Program-made: the position numbers and the translations under genes
In this document: one piece after another, positions 12,201-22,800 of the stretch
How positions within the stretch are numbered: position 1 is the first letter of the stretch
Layout: every line of letters starts with the position of its first letter
The notes under the pieces: model-generated
What the model was told of the DNA's origin: nothing
The model's input: the letters and a program-made list of their open reading frames with translations, nothing else
The model's database searches: none
Assembly (NCBI RefSeq): GCF_036321535.1
Contig: NC_087437.1
Location: forward strand, 51,524,001-51,588,000
DNA: 64,000 nt
DNA from: Camelus dromedarius
Taxonomy: Eukaryota
Reading direction: 5' to 3'

Positions 12201-15200
12201 TTGAAATGGAGTGCCTTAAGGACTGTGAGGTTGAGGGTGGGGGTGTCTGTTTGGTAGTTTCATGACAGAAAGCCTTCCTGGAAGGGAACCAAAGCTGCTT
12301 TGTGAAGGTTAATTTTGACTAGCGAAGTGGAAAGGTGAAATGGGAAAGGCAAGTTGGGTATGATACCTAGTGATGCATAGTTTTGAAAGAATTATCTAGA
12401 ACTTAGAGGAATGAGACTTTGAATTGAAAAGAATTGTTCTTTCAGCATCATGTTAATTCTTTTAGGTAGAAATATGTAGCAGGATAATTTTTGTTTAAAA
12501 GAAAAAGCATGTTGAACTACTTATTTATTTAATTGACTCTAAGGTACCATAGATCATAGGACACTTTATTTACGCACTGCTAAGAAAGAAAAGACTTACG
12601 ATCATATTTTTTAAATGTGATGATGTGTGAACTGTGTGACAACTTAAGGTTTTAGTGGTGTTAAAATGAGCGTTTTTGAAATCCGTGAACTATGGTGATT
12701 TTGTTATGGGTTGATGTCATCACTGTGAATATCTGTTACTGTGAAACAGTGATGCATTTGTCATCTCTTGCCCCTTACGGAAAATGGACTCAGGCTGCTG
12801 CTTACGTGAAGATTTCTGATTTGCATTGGGGGTGGTTAGGGGTTATGTATGCTTCTAAAATTTTCTGGACTTGGGACTCAAATAAGCATACTTGTTAGAA
12901 ATTGTTTCCCCCATAAGCATTTATTGAAATAATGAAAACTAAGCTATTTAAAAAAAAAAGAAATGTAGATGAGTGTGGAAGGCTTGGATGAGATATATGG
13001 ATTTGGTTGTTTACCTTTTGTGGTCCAGTAATTCTTTGAGAATCTCATGACAGCTAATTGACACTTTCCTAGAGGCTCTCAGGCCATCCCCCCTAGATCT
13101 GAGCACTGTGGCGGATGAGTTCTTGTGACTGCGGGTGGTTGTTTGACTGATGTCTGTGGTACTAGACCATAGGCATGGACGGACTGTTCCTATTCAGTAC
13201 CTCTATAGCATCCTGAGCTGCTAGCAGGCATTTAGTGGGTTTTTAGTATGTATTTATTAGATGACATTTGTGGAGCTGCTAAGAGTCTTGGAGATAAAGA
13301 GTTGCTAAGTTGGTCTTATGTTTTTCAGGGTCCCAAAAAGGTGGGGATGCTGTGGCGAGAGGCTGGACTCAGCTGGAAGGAATTTCTTCCTGAAGGCCAG
13401 GATGTCGGTGCATTCATCACTGCACAGGTTTGTGGCTGGAATTAGGTTAACTCTAGCATTTGGGGCTGGCCTCTTCCCTCTTCCCTCATCTCACATGAGG
13501 TACTTACCTCTTAACTGTGGGCCTTTTTGCTTGCAGAAGTTGGAGTACACTTTGGGAGAGGAGTCAGAATCCCCTGGCCAGAGGCTGCTCTCCTCCGAGG
13601 AGCTGAGCAGGCAGCTGGAGAAGCTGCTGAAGGAGAACAGCAGTAACCAGCGGGTGTTTGACTGGATAGAGGTATATTTCTCCTGGATATTGGGGGAGAC
13701 GGTAAAGGAGATGTGGCTCTTGACGTGTGGGTGGGGGCAGCAAGAATTCAGGCACAATTCAGAACTTACGGGCCATTTGTTTCTCTTTCTCCTGCACAGT
13801 CCAACCTGAGTGAGCAGCAGGTAGCATCCAACACATTAGTTCGAGCCCTCATGACAACTGTCTGCTATTCTGCAATTATCTGTAAGAGGCACCGGGGAGT
13901 TAGTGGGGCAAGGGTGGGCCCAACAGACACGTGGAGGGAGGGAGGTTTTGGTTTTTGCGTCTGGTTCTGAACCAGGTTGATGGTGCATTATTCCACTTAG
14001 ACCCTGTCTTCCTCCCTGTAGTTGAGACTCCTCTCCGAGTGGACGTTGCGGTGCTGAAAGCGCGAGCGAAACTGCTACAGAAATACCTGTGTGATGAGCA
14101 GAAGGAGTTGCAGGCGCTTTATGCCCTCCAGGCCCTTGTAGTGACCTTAGAACAGCCTCCCAGTAAGAGCCAGACCACATGGGTGGGGGTGGGTTGGAGA
14201 AGCTACCAGACAGTAGGGGGCAGTCGTGGAAATGGTCTCAAGCCAAGAAAAGTGAGTGGTCATTGGAGAGCAGAATACCCCGATGGTTCAGTTTTTCCCC
14301 TGCAACACTTGTTTCCTTACCTACAAGTGGAAGGAGTTAGATCTGGGCTTCAAGATTATCTATTTTGTGCCTAGCCAGCTGTTAGATGCCTGGAATGCAG
14401 AGGTGATAAATGGTAATATTTCCCAAGTATCGTGTATTCTCTCTGCCTGGCACAGGGCTGGGATACTTTTCTTTGCCTCAATTCTCACAACTATTGTTTA
14501 GGGTAGATGATGTTGCCCCCTTTTCCCTATTGGGAAACTGAGGCTTAGGTTAACATGCCCGAGGTTATGTATTCAGCAAATAGGTATGTGCCAGGACATT
14601 GGGATATTGGCAGTGATTAGGTCAAACATAATTCCCATGTTGGCATGGGTTCAGATGATGTTGGAAGATGGGTCCTGCAGGATGCTCTCTGGGGGAGTAT
14701 ACCTAGTCAGAGAGAATGAGTGGGAATCGACAAATGGGGGCTGAATGACAAATGGGAGGGGGAGAGTTGACAGGAAAGAACTGTGTATGTAAAAGAAGGC
14801 CCTGCGGTAGAAAAGAGGACACAAGGTAAAAGAACTGCTGAAAGGCCAGCGTGGGAGAGCAGAGCAGCCAGTCATGTGCAGCAAGATGGGTGGAGAGATG
14901 GACGTGGGCAGGATATGCAGGGCTGTGTAAGCCATGGGATGAGTTTTAGGCTTTAGCCGAAGGACAGGGAAAGGCCTTTGTGGGATTTTAAGTAAGGATT
15001 TTACACATTCTCTTAGTTTTTAGATCATACTTGGCCATTAGTGGAAATAGTGGTTTGGAGTAGGGTGAGTGTGAATGTGGCAGGATCAGCAGATCATGAG
15101 CATATTGGTAGTGGCTGAACCTCACTGGTGGCAATGGAGATGGGAGACAAGTGGGTAGATTCAAGACGTAAGTAGCTGGGTGTGGGGGGGTGATGAGAGA

Positions 15201-17137
15201 TTGGAAGTCATATATGACTCCCAGGATGGTTTTAGCAGGTGAGATGTTAGGGTGCCATTCACCTGGCAGTAGGGAACACCAGATCAAGTTGAGTTTGCTC
15301 ATGCTGAGTTTTTGGTCCCCTGCGTGGGGGTAATCACAGATCTCAGGCAGACGGCTGGGTATCTGAATTCATTTGGAGAGAGGAAGAGGTCAGGGCTGGA
15401 GGCCAGTCTCTTGAGTTGCTGGCACAGGGCAACTAACATACGTGTAAGTCACAGGAGGGTATAGGATTGCCCACTGGATGGAACCTTAGGGAGGTAGAGG
15501 TCCTACAGGGAGGGACCAAAGGACAGAACCCTTTGAACAACAGGCAGAGTAATTTTAGGAAAGGGAAGTGGTCAGTAATACTTGATGCTGTTTGAGAGTT
15601 CCACAGGAGCAGGCCTGAAAATTAGGGCTTCTGGGGTGTGAAAACATGGAAGCCACCCTGGCAGAAACAGTATTTGGGGGAACAAGGGGAAGAATCTGGA
15701 TTGGAAAGGATAGAATAATATTTGACGGAACCAGGAATAAAAGAAACGAAAACAAGTGTAGACGAAATCTTTGAATTCAATCAATCTCTTGTCAAAAGGC
15801 AAAAAAACAAAACAAAACCCAAAAACCACTTTTGTTCGGCTGTAAAGAGATAGTGGTTGTAAAGGAAGATGTTTTTGTGTTTAAACGAGAGAAAGTTGGG
15901 CTTGAAAATACAGGGCAGAAAGGATATTTGATTGTATAGGGTCCCCAGGGTGGGTGTGCATGGGATTTGGAGAACAAGCTTTGCTGCTATTGCTGTGCGA
16001 TGGGGGTGGGAAGCTGTCCACAGGCAGTGGTTGTGGATTTGAGAGTGTGTGTGCCCTGAGGAACATTCTGGCTTACAGCTTGTTTTAGGCAGCTCAGTCT
16101 GCGTTTCACCCAGGCCTGGACCTAGATCTATTCTTTTACTGAGAAGAAATGTATTCACTACACAGCCTTCCTTTGCTTTAAGGAATGTAATGTTTGCTTT
16201 GGAAAGACTGCCAGTGCAGTGTGAGGAATGGGATGGATTATGTTCAGGGACTATAGGACAAGTGCTTCGGAAGGCTTACGAGTAGCTAGGGGTGCGGGAG
16301 AAAGGGGGTCAAAGCAGAGGGTGCTTGAATTGAGCCTAAATGAATTGCACTAGGAAGGTGATTAAAATGTGACAAGAGAAAGGATGTTCCTGGCAAAGGC
16401 TATATAGCTTGTGTGGAAGTATCAGGGCCAGAGAAGGGTGTGTGTATTCAGAAGATGTGTGAAAAGTAAGAGGAGGTTGAGATCAAGAATTTGTCAGGTA
16501 TACCACAGCAGCACATTTTGGGTGGCATGTCTTGAAAAGAAAAAAAGTTTGTCAGGATCTGTAATGGGGGCCAGTGAATGAAGTTCCAGTTTATACCCTT
16601 GAATTTTGTGAGAGATACATCTCAGACTTCTGTGATTCCCCAAATTCAGGAGTACAAATTCTGCATAATTTTCTCCATTTATATATAACTTGAGTGGAGA
16701 AGTTTGAAGCTGCTGGGGTGAGGCTGGGTAGGTGTTTTAAGTGTTGGCCAAGTGACTCATTCTTCCACACCAGTCTCTTAGATTATGAGATTAGCATCCT
16801 GTCAGAGACCTAGTCGCTCTGGAATGACCAGACACATTTGAACACGGTGGGTCAGGACTGTTTCAACGGTGGAGCTTAGGGGAGGGATCCCTGGGGAGGT
16901 GGGATGGGGGTGGGAGGAGTATGTCTCTAACTGTTATCCTGCCTGCTTGCAGACCTGCTTCGGATGTTCTTTGATGCGCTGTATGACGAGGATGTGGTGA
17001 AGGAGGATGCCTTCTATAGCTGGGAGAGTAGCAAGGACCCCGCTGAGCAGCAGGGCAAGGGCGTGGCCCTTAAATCTGTCACAGCTTTCTTCAAATGGCT
17101 TCGTGAGGCAGAGGAGGAGGAGTCTGACCACAACTGA
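277..17137 (+). CDS. EIF4G1: Eukaryotic translation initiation factor 4 gamma 1 (first coding exon lies upstream of the window)
   Basis: GT-AG exons with consistent phase: 277-363, [861-881 microexon], 1460-1636, 1848-1947, 3046-3158, 3972-4064, 4269-4335, 4625-5461, 5734-5822, 5916-6102, 6195-6328, 6455-6613, 6758/6761-6946, 7145-7342, 7561-7707, 7917-8153, 8351-8455, 8573-8732, 8936-9036, 9637-9739, 9975-10077, 10302-10534, 10678-10796, 10920-11092, 11413-11538, 11704-11785, 13329-13427, 13537-13671, 13800-13881, 14022-14162, 16953-17137 (TGA). Recognised motifs: PABP site [16 protein letters not shown], eIF4E motif YDREFLL (6233-6253), MIF4G ([13 protein letters not shown]), MA3, and W2 C-terminus [16 protein letters not shown]. 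Confidence 0.98.
861..881 (+). CDS. EIF4G1: EIF4G1 21-nt neural microexon (GGFRSLQ)
   Basis: ...gtgctctcag|GGAGGATTCAGGTCTCTGCAG|gtaata. Phase 0-0, encodes GGFRSLQ between ...SQPRQ and HFYPS... Confidence 0.93.
2320..2505. mobile_element. hAT-Charlie-type non-autonomous DNA transposon fossil (MER-type)
   Basis: Imperfect TIRs cagtggtttccaaa / tttggagaccattg, flanked by an 8-bp TSD ctttatgg (2312-2319) / ctttaagg (2506-2513). Confidence 0.75.
8207..8283 (+). pseudogene. Degenerate SNORD66-like copy
   Basis: 8247-8273 matches 8820-8846 at 21/27 nt. C box decayed to TGACAA with the same spacing, terminal D box lost. Confidence 0.6.
8781..8856 (+). ncRNA. SNORD66: Box C/D snoRNA SNORD66 (18S rRNA 2'-O-methylation guide), intronic in EIF4G1
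   Basis: Terminal stem ttcc...ggaa, C box TGATGA 8787-8792, D' CTGA 8822-8825, C' atgatgg, D CTGA 8849-8852. Ends ~79 nt before the 3' splice site at 8935. Matches the SNORD66 known to be hosted by EIF4G1. Confidence 0.93.
9232..9541. mobile_element. MER58-like hAT-Charlie DNA transposon fossil
   Basis: Characteristic 'gcagagttgagtagttg...tggcctgcaaagc...ccctttacaggaaaagtgtgccag' 3' part. Boundaries approximate. Confidence 0.65.
14565..15500 (-). mobile_element. LINE-2 fragments in the last EIF4G1 intron
   Basis: 'attcagcaaat...tgtgccagg' L2 3'-end signature followed by purine-rich L2-like sequence. Boundaries approximate. Confidence 0.55.
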
Positions 17138-17262
17138 GGGTGGGTGGGGCCGGGGACTTGGAGCCCCATGGACACTCGATGGCCAAGCCAGCCGCCCGGA
17201 CTGCAGGGGGGCGGCAGCAGCGGCGGTGGCAGTGGGTGCCTGTAGTGCGATGTGTCTGAGCT

Positions 17263-17268
17263 AATAAA
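17263..17268 (+). terminator. EIF4G1 proximal polyA signal AATAAA
   Basis: AATAAA about 125 nt after the stop codon. Confidence 0.65.
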
Positions 17269-17550
17269 GTGGCTGAAGAGGCAGGATGGCTTGGGGCTGC
17301 CTGGGGCCCCCCTCCAGGATGCTGCCAGGTGTCCTTCTCCCCCTGGGGCACAGAGATATATTATATATAAAGTCTTGAAATTTGGTGTGTCTTGGGGGGG
17401 GCACCACTGCCTGCCCCTGGGGTCTTTTTTTATTTTCTGAAAATCACTCTTGGGACTGCCGTCCTCGCTGCTGGGGGCATATGCCCCAGCCCCTGCACCA
17501 CCCCTGCTGCTGCCTGGGCAGGGGGAAGGGGGGGCACGGTGCCTGTAATT

Positions 17551-17556
17551 ATTAAA
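17551..17556 (+). terminator. EIF4G1 distal polyA signal ATTAAA
   Basis: TGTA upstream element (17544) then ATTAAA, with pyrimidine/T-rich sequence downstream. Confidence 0.75.
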
Positions 17557-18079
17557 CATGAATTCAATTAAGCTCACTGCCTCTCTGCTTTATGGCCTGC
17601 TCCCTCTGGAGACGGAGTCTGGATAGGTGGGCTGCCTCCTTTCCAGAGCTGGCACTGTAGCACTTCCCGGTGGTAACTTGGCACCCCTCTTGCCTCTTCC
17701 CCTGTCCATGATTGCGGGGCTGGGGAGTCGCTTTCCTAGGGGGTTGGGCCTTCAAGGTGGACATGGTGGGGTTCCCTGTTGATAATAAGGAGGGGAGATT
17801 GGAGACATAACTGTGGGGGGGAGGCTTCATGGAACACACCTGCTGGTCTGTGTCCTACCGGAATGTGACGCAGACGCCTGCGTGTGAAGGCCCTGGATTT
17901 CAGGCTGTTTATAGCTGAAGCCCTCTATGGCTTCGATATCTCTCATCTGAAATAAGGGGGCCAGATGCACCGAGGTCTTCCGTGCATCCCCACACCCCGA
18001 GACCCAGTGAGTCTTTGTCCTTGCTTTGTCCCATTGGTATCCCCGTCTCTTTGGGTCTCTCCGCTGTCAGCTTTGGGAG

Positions 18080-18570
18080 CAGAGGACGAGCATTTTCGCT
18101 GGACTCGGCTCCAGGCTGCCCCTGCGTGGCCGTGACGTCGGCTTCGCCCCACCCTTCTTTGGGTGGTGACGCGAGTGGCCACACCCCCACGCTTACGTCA
18201 CCGGCCCGGTTCCCTCTCCCGGGAGCGGTGGTGGACGCGCGGCTCCCACCCCCTCCCGGTGGCGGCCGCGGCCCTACCCTCTGCAAGGCGATGGCCCAGG
18301 CCCCGAGCGCAGGCTAGCGTGCCTGGGTGCCCGGCCATGGGCTGTATCGGCTCTCGGAGCCCGGCAGGTCAGGGTAAGAGGCGGAGGCCGGGCCCTGGTT
18401 GGGGAGTCGGGCTGCGGCTGCTCTGAGCGCGGCCCGCGGGGGGGTGGGGGCCTTGAGGAGGGGGCCGGTGTTGGAAGAGGGAGGAGCCTGCACTGGGGAG
18501 GCGGGCCCGGCAAGAGAAAGGAGCAGGCCTGAGCGGGGAGGGGGCTAAACCGACTCGGGCTCGCTCCCAA
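18080..18570 (+). promoter_or_regulatory. CpG-island promoter / upstream first exon of FAM131A
   Basis: CpG-dense. CRE-like TGACGTCG (18133) and TTACGTCA (18193). ATG at 18337, donor g|gtaag at 18373/18374. Confidence 0.75.
18337..18373 (+). CDS. FAM131A: Alternative first coding exon of FAM131A (MGCIGSRSPAGQ)
   Basis: Strong Kozak gccATGG. Phase-1 donor is in frame with exon 20536-20678, giving a predicted 350-aa isoform. Confidence 0.75.
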
Positions 18571-18579
18571 GGCCTGCTT

Positions 18580-18603
18580 GCCTGCCTGCCTGCCTGCCTG
18601 CCT
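18580..18603 (+). repeat. (GCCT)6 tetranucleotide microsatellite
   Basis: gcctgcctgcctgcctgcctgcct read directly. Confidence 0.9.
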
Positions 18604-19848
18604 CTGGGCTTTGCAGGGTGGACTCGTGGTCTTTCTGCCTGCATTCCCACCGCTGAGGGTGGCAGGAGGCGCACAGCCTAGGGAGGGGTGGGCAACCCTC
18701 TTCAGCCCGTGGCGACTGCCCCACTCACAATCACCCCCTTCAGCTTACACCTTTTCTCTCACTGTCCTGGGAGTGGCCCTGTGCTGGTAACTTGCTTCTC
18801 CTAGCTGTGTCCCAACCCCCTTCAGGAGGTAGCCTGCGAACGCTGGCCAAGCACCCTACTACTACAGAGTTTTTGACTAAATTTACCATCCCCTTTAGAG
18901 TATCCTGGTTGATGAAGGGAACCCGCAGCCCCATTTGGGGCACCTGTGAGCACTTGGTCACTTCTCACCTTGTACAACTGTTTTAGTTACCTTCTCCCAC
19001 TCCTAACAAAAACAAAAATCACCGTACCCTGTGGAGGGAAACAGGAGCCCAAAGGGAGGCCCTCAGGGCATCCTTCCCACAATTGCTGACCCTTACTTGG
19101 GCCTTAGTTCCCATGGATGGTGGTGCACACTGGGGCCTGGCCTTAGATGTCTGAGGTGGGTCAGCCTACTTTACTCCACTGTCATGGATTTCTCCAAGCC
19201 TAAGTCCAGTGGGAACTTGTGACGTTGAGGGCTGGGTTTGGAATGGGTTCTGGGTCTTCAGGGCAGGCGGTCAGTCACACAGGCATTAGTGTAGTTGGTA
19301 CTTGAGATTCTTTTGAGCTAAGACTAGCTGAGATTTGTGCTTTACTTAGGCTCCCATGAGGAATTCTGGGATTTGTAGTCTTAAATTAATCTCATGATTT
19401 TTGAAAGCTGAGAAGCAGCAGGCTGCTCTGATCCCTCTGGCCCTGCTAAAGCTTGGCATTCAGGAAGTCTTGGCTGACCTAATGACTGGTCTGAAGAGCC
19501 CTGATTAGGTACCAGCTGGGGGCCAGGAATGGCCTGTAACCTTGTGTCTTCCTTTTGGTTGGTAGCATTTCTGGGGACCACCAGCTGGCTGAGGCTCAGG
19601 GACAGAGACGGCTGCTCCAGCTAAAGGTCAGTTGTGATGTACATTGCCTCTTGGCACTGTCTAAGGGATGGGCCTCAGCTCCCACCTCCTCAAAGCCATG
19701 AGGCAGAAGTGTTCTCCTTATGTGACTAGGCACAGGTTCCAAGTGGGGAGGGGACTGGCTCCACATCCGGAGCCAAAATAGGAATAGAACTGGGAGCTGA
19801 GCCTGGAGCGGTTCTGGGCTTTTGGTTCTCTGCATCAACACAGCCAGC

Positions 19849-22800
19849 ATGCCTATGATTTCTGTGCTGGGCAAAATGTTTCTGTGGCAGCGTGAAGGGC
19901 CTGGAGGACGATGGACTTGTCAGACAAGTCGCAGAGGTGAGATCAGGGACAGAGATGTGATTTGGGAGGTGATGGGAAGCTGAGGGGTAGGGTGCTCTGG
20001 TGGCAAGAGGAAAATTACTCTGGCTTAGATACTGGGAACCAGGCTGAAATAGGACCAGACAAGGCATCAGAAAAAAGCTTTAGGGGACTGGGGTGAAAGG
20101 TGGAAAAAATCACAGATTTGTCAGAAAAGAGTAAAGAACTGCGTACAAGCTGAGGCTGGCAAGAGGAAAGAACCAAGAGAAGGAAGGCAGCAAGCCTGCA
20201 AAAGGTCTAAGGTGGTGGTGGGGAGAGGGTGGTGATGGTGGTGGAAGAATGTGGTGTGCTTTCCAAGAGGAATAGGTAGGCTGAGAAACCCGAGAAGATT
20301 CAGAATTTTTCAAAGTTTAGGTTTCATACTTAGGGTTTTGGTGGCAGAATATATCTTGAGGAGGACAGTGGCCAATGGCTGCCACAAAATGGCCCCAGGG
20401 GTCTGAAGGTCAGGGCTGTGGGACAGGGGCTTTCAGGCTTGTGGAGAGCACCAGGTGGTTGCTTATAGTCTAGGAGGTGGGGGAATCTTGGCAGAAATGG
20501 GAGCCAAACTGAACAGCCTTTCCCCCACTCCTCAGTGGCATCGGACCCCTCGTGGGCTGTGGAGTGGATCGAACTTCCTCGGGGCCTCTCTCTATCTTCC
20601 TTGGGATCTGCTCGGACCCTCCGAGGCTGGAGCCGGTCCTCCCGCCCTTCCTCCGTGGACAGCCAGGACTTGCCAGAGGTGCTGGGCCCTTCGTGTTGGT
20701 AGAGGGAAGGGGGGCGGCCCCCACCACCCGCATCCACACCAAGAGATTCTGTGTACTCCACCCCCGCCTCGCCAGTCTGCTTCTGGCTCTCTTTCCCTGC
20801 GAGCGGAGGCGCTATCCGGCCGGCAGGGCTGCAAGACCGCCCCCGCGCCGGTCTGCTCTGCTCGGCGCGGTGCCAGCGGGCGGGCTTGCTTGCGCCTTGG
20901 GCCCTGACGTCAGCGCATCCCGGGCCGGGCCGTATCCCGGGAGACCCTGTTGCATGGTGATGGGTTGCCAGGGTGACATACACCTTTTCTCTGGGCCTGG
21001 GCCGCAGCTGCGCGGAGCGCTGACACGGATGGCGGTGGCTGAGGGGAGTGATGGGAGGGAGGGAGAGCGAGCCAGAAAACACCCAGCAGGTGCTCCTCCC
21101 CCCAGGCCTGGCCAGAAGCTGCCGGAGCCACCTTGGGGGCCCTGTCAGCCAGGTACTGAAGGGGAGGGACAGAGGGTGGGCTTGAGGTCAAGGGGTAGGC
21201 GGAGTCCCTTTCTGAGGGGTGGAACGTAATGGAGGAGAGCTAGGAAATGCTGGGGAGGGGGCATGTGCCTCTGATTTCATTCATTCATTGAGGGAGGCGT
21301 TTGCTGGGGCTGCCAGGGGGCACTGAACCAGGTGCAGGGTGGAGGAAGGAACCCAGGTGAATCAGATTTAGGCCTTACCATCCCAAGATCCCTCAAAAAA
21401 GATGCAAAGGCAATGCTGTGATGGGGGTGGGGGCGTTGAAGAAGACAGAAACTGTGAACTGAAAACATAATAGGAGGTGGCACTTGAGAGTCAGGCCTTA
21501 AATGATAAGAGAACATTTTGTCAGGCAAGGCCCAGGGGAAAGTTGCTTTCCTTTGCCTGGAGGCAGGAGGGCTGCTTCCTTACCGGGAAGGTGGAGAAGT
21601 GGGCTTTTCCTGGGCAGAGGAGATCAGGGGTGGATTCCAAGCAGGCCTGGAAGGAGGCTAGGGCCTCACAGAGTGGGTTCCTTCAGTGCCTGACTGTGAA
21701 GCTTGCACTTCATTGGGCGTTGGAGGAGCCCAGAAAAGATTTTAAACAAGGACATGTTGTGACCAGTTGCACTCCAGGAAGATAATTTGTTCACATTTGT
21801 AATTTGCCTCATTCATTCAGCTTATGTGTTTTGAGAGATTACTCTGTACCAGGCACTGTGCTAAACTCAAGGGTGCAGCAGTGACTGAGAGACACTGAAT
21901 TTCTCAAAGAGTTACAAACTACAAGAGCTAAGACCAACAAGTAATAAGGAAACATACGAAATAGACCATGATGGCACACACGGGGTTATGTTGATGGAGG
22001 ATGGTGACTTGTTACAGACTACAGAGGGAGGATGGACAACTGGTATGGTGGCCAGGAAGGCTCTCTGAGGGAGTGGTTCAGCCAAGACCCAAAAGATGAG
22101 AAACAAAGAGCCAGACAGTCATGGGAGGTGTGTGTGGGGGTACATTTACACAACATTCTGGGCTGAGAAAATAGCATGGAGTTAGAGCTTGGGGGGACCA
22201 CCACTTGTACTAATCGGGGCAAAGGGCACTGAGGGCTCACCCTTAAGGAGGGGCAGTGGCAGCGGGAGTAGAAAGGATGAGGGTTGTGTAAGAGGAAGTT
22301 TGGAGATGGAATCATTAGGTCTTAACAACAGATATGGGTCAGCAAGGCTTAGGGGAGAGCTGATGGTGATGCTGAGGCTTGGAGCCAGGCTGCAGGGGAG
22401 AATGGTGGGGTGATGCAAAGTAAGGAAGTCCGGAAGCAGGGCTGGAAATGGGAACAAAGTATTGGGTTTGGTTTTGATCATGCTGAGTTTGTGGCCCTGT
22501 AGGCTCTAGAAACAGCTAGAATGTGGGTCTGAAAACTGAGAGGAGGAGAGGGGCAAGGGGGAAAGGACCCAGAGGAACCTGATGGCATACCCTTGTCCCT
22601 TCCTCTTCTATCTTCCCACTCCATTTACTTGCCAACCTGCTTCCTTCCCCTCTGTAGGCAGGGAAGGTGGAGAATTAGCTGCTGTTCTGCTCCTTTGGGC
22701 CTGCCCGAGTCTTCATTGCTCCCCAGGAGGACAGTTTGCTCATCCTGGCTTCTTAGTCTCTTACATATCCCAGCAGCCACTGGGACATTTGAAATACCCT

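Noticed and set aside
20330..21229. Long ORFs of 250 aa (-) and 225 aa (+)
   Set aside because: GC-rich CpG region with low stop frequency, non-ATG starts and no recognisable domain. The real exon uses another frame.
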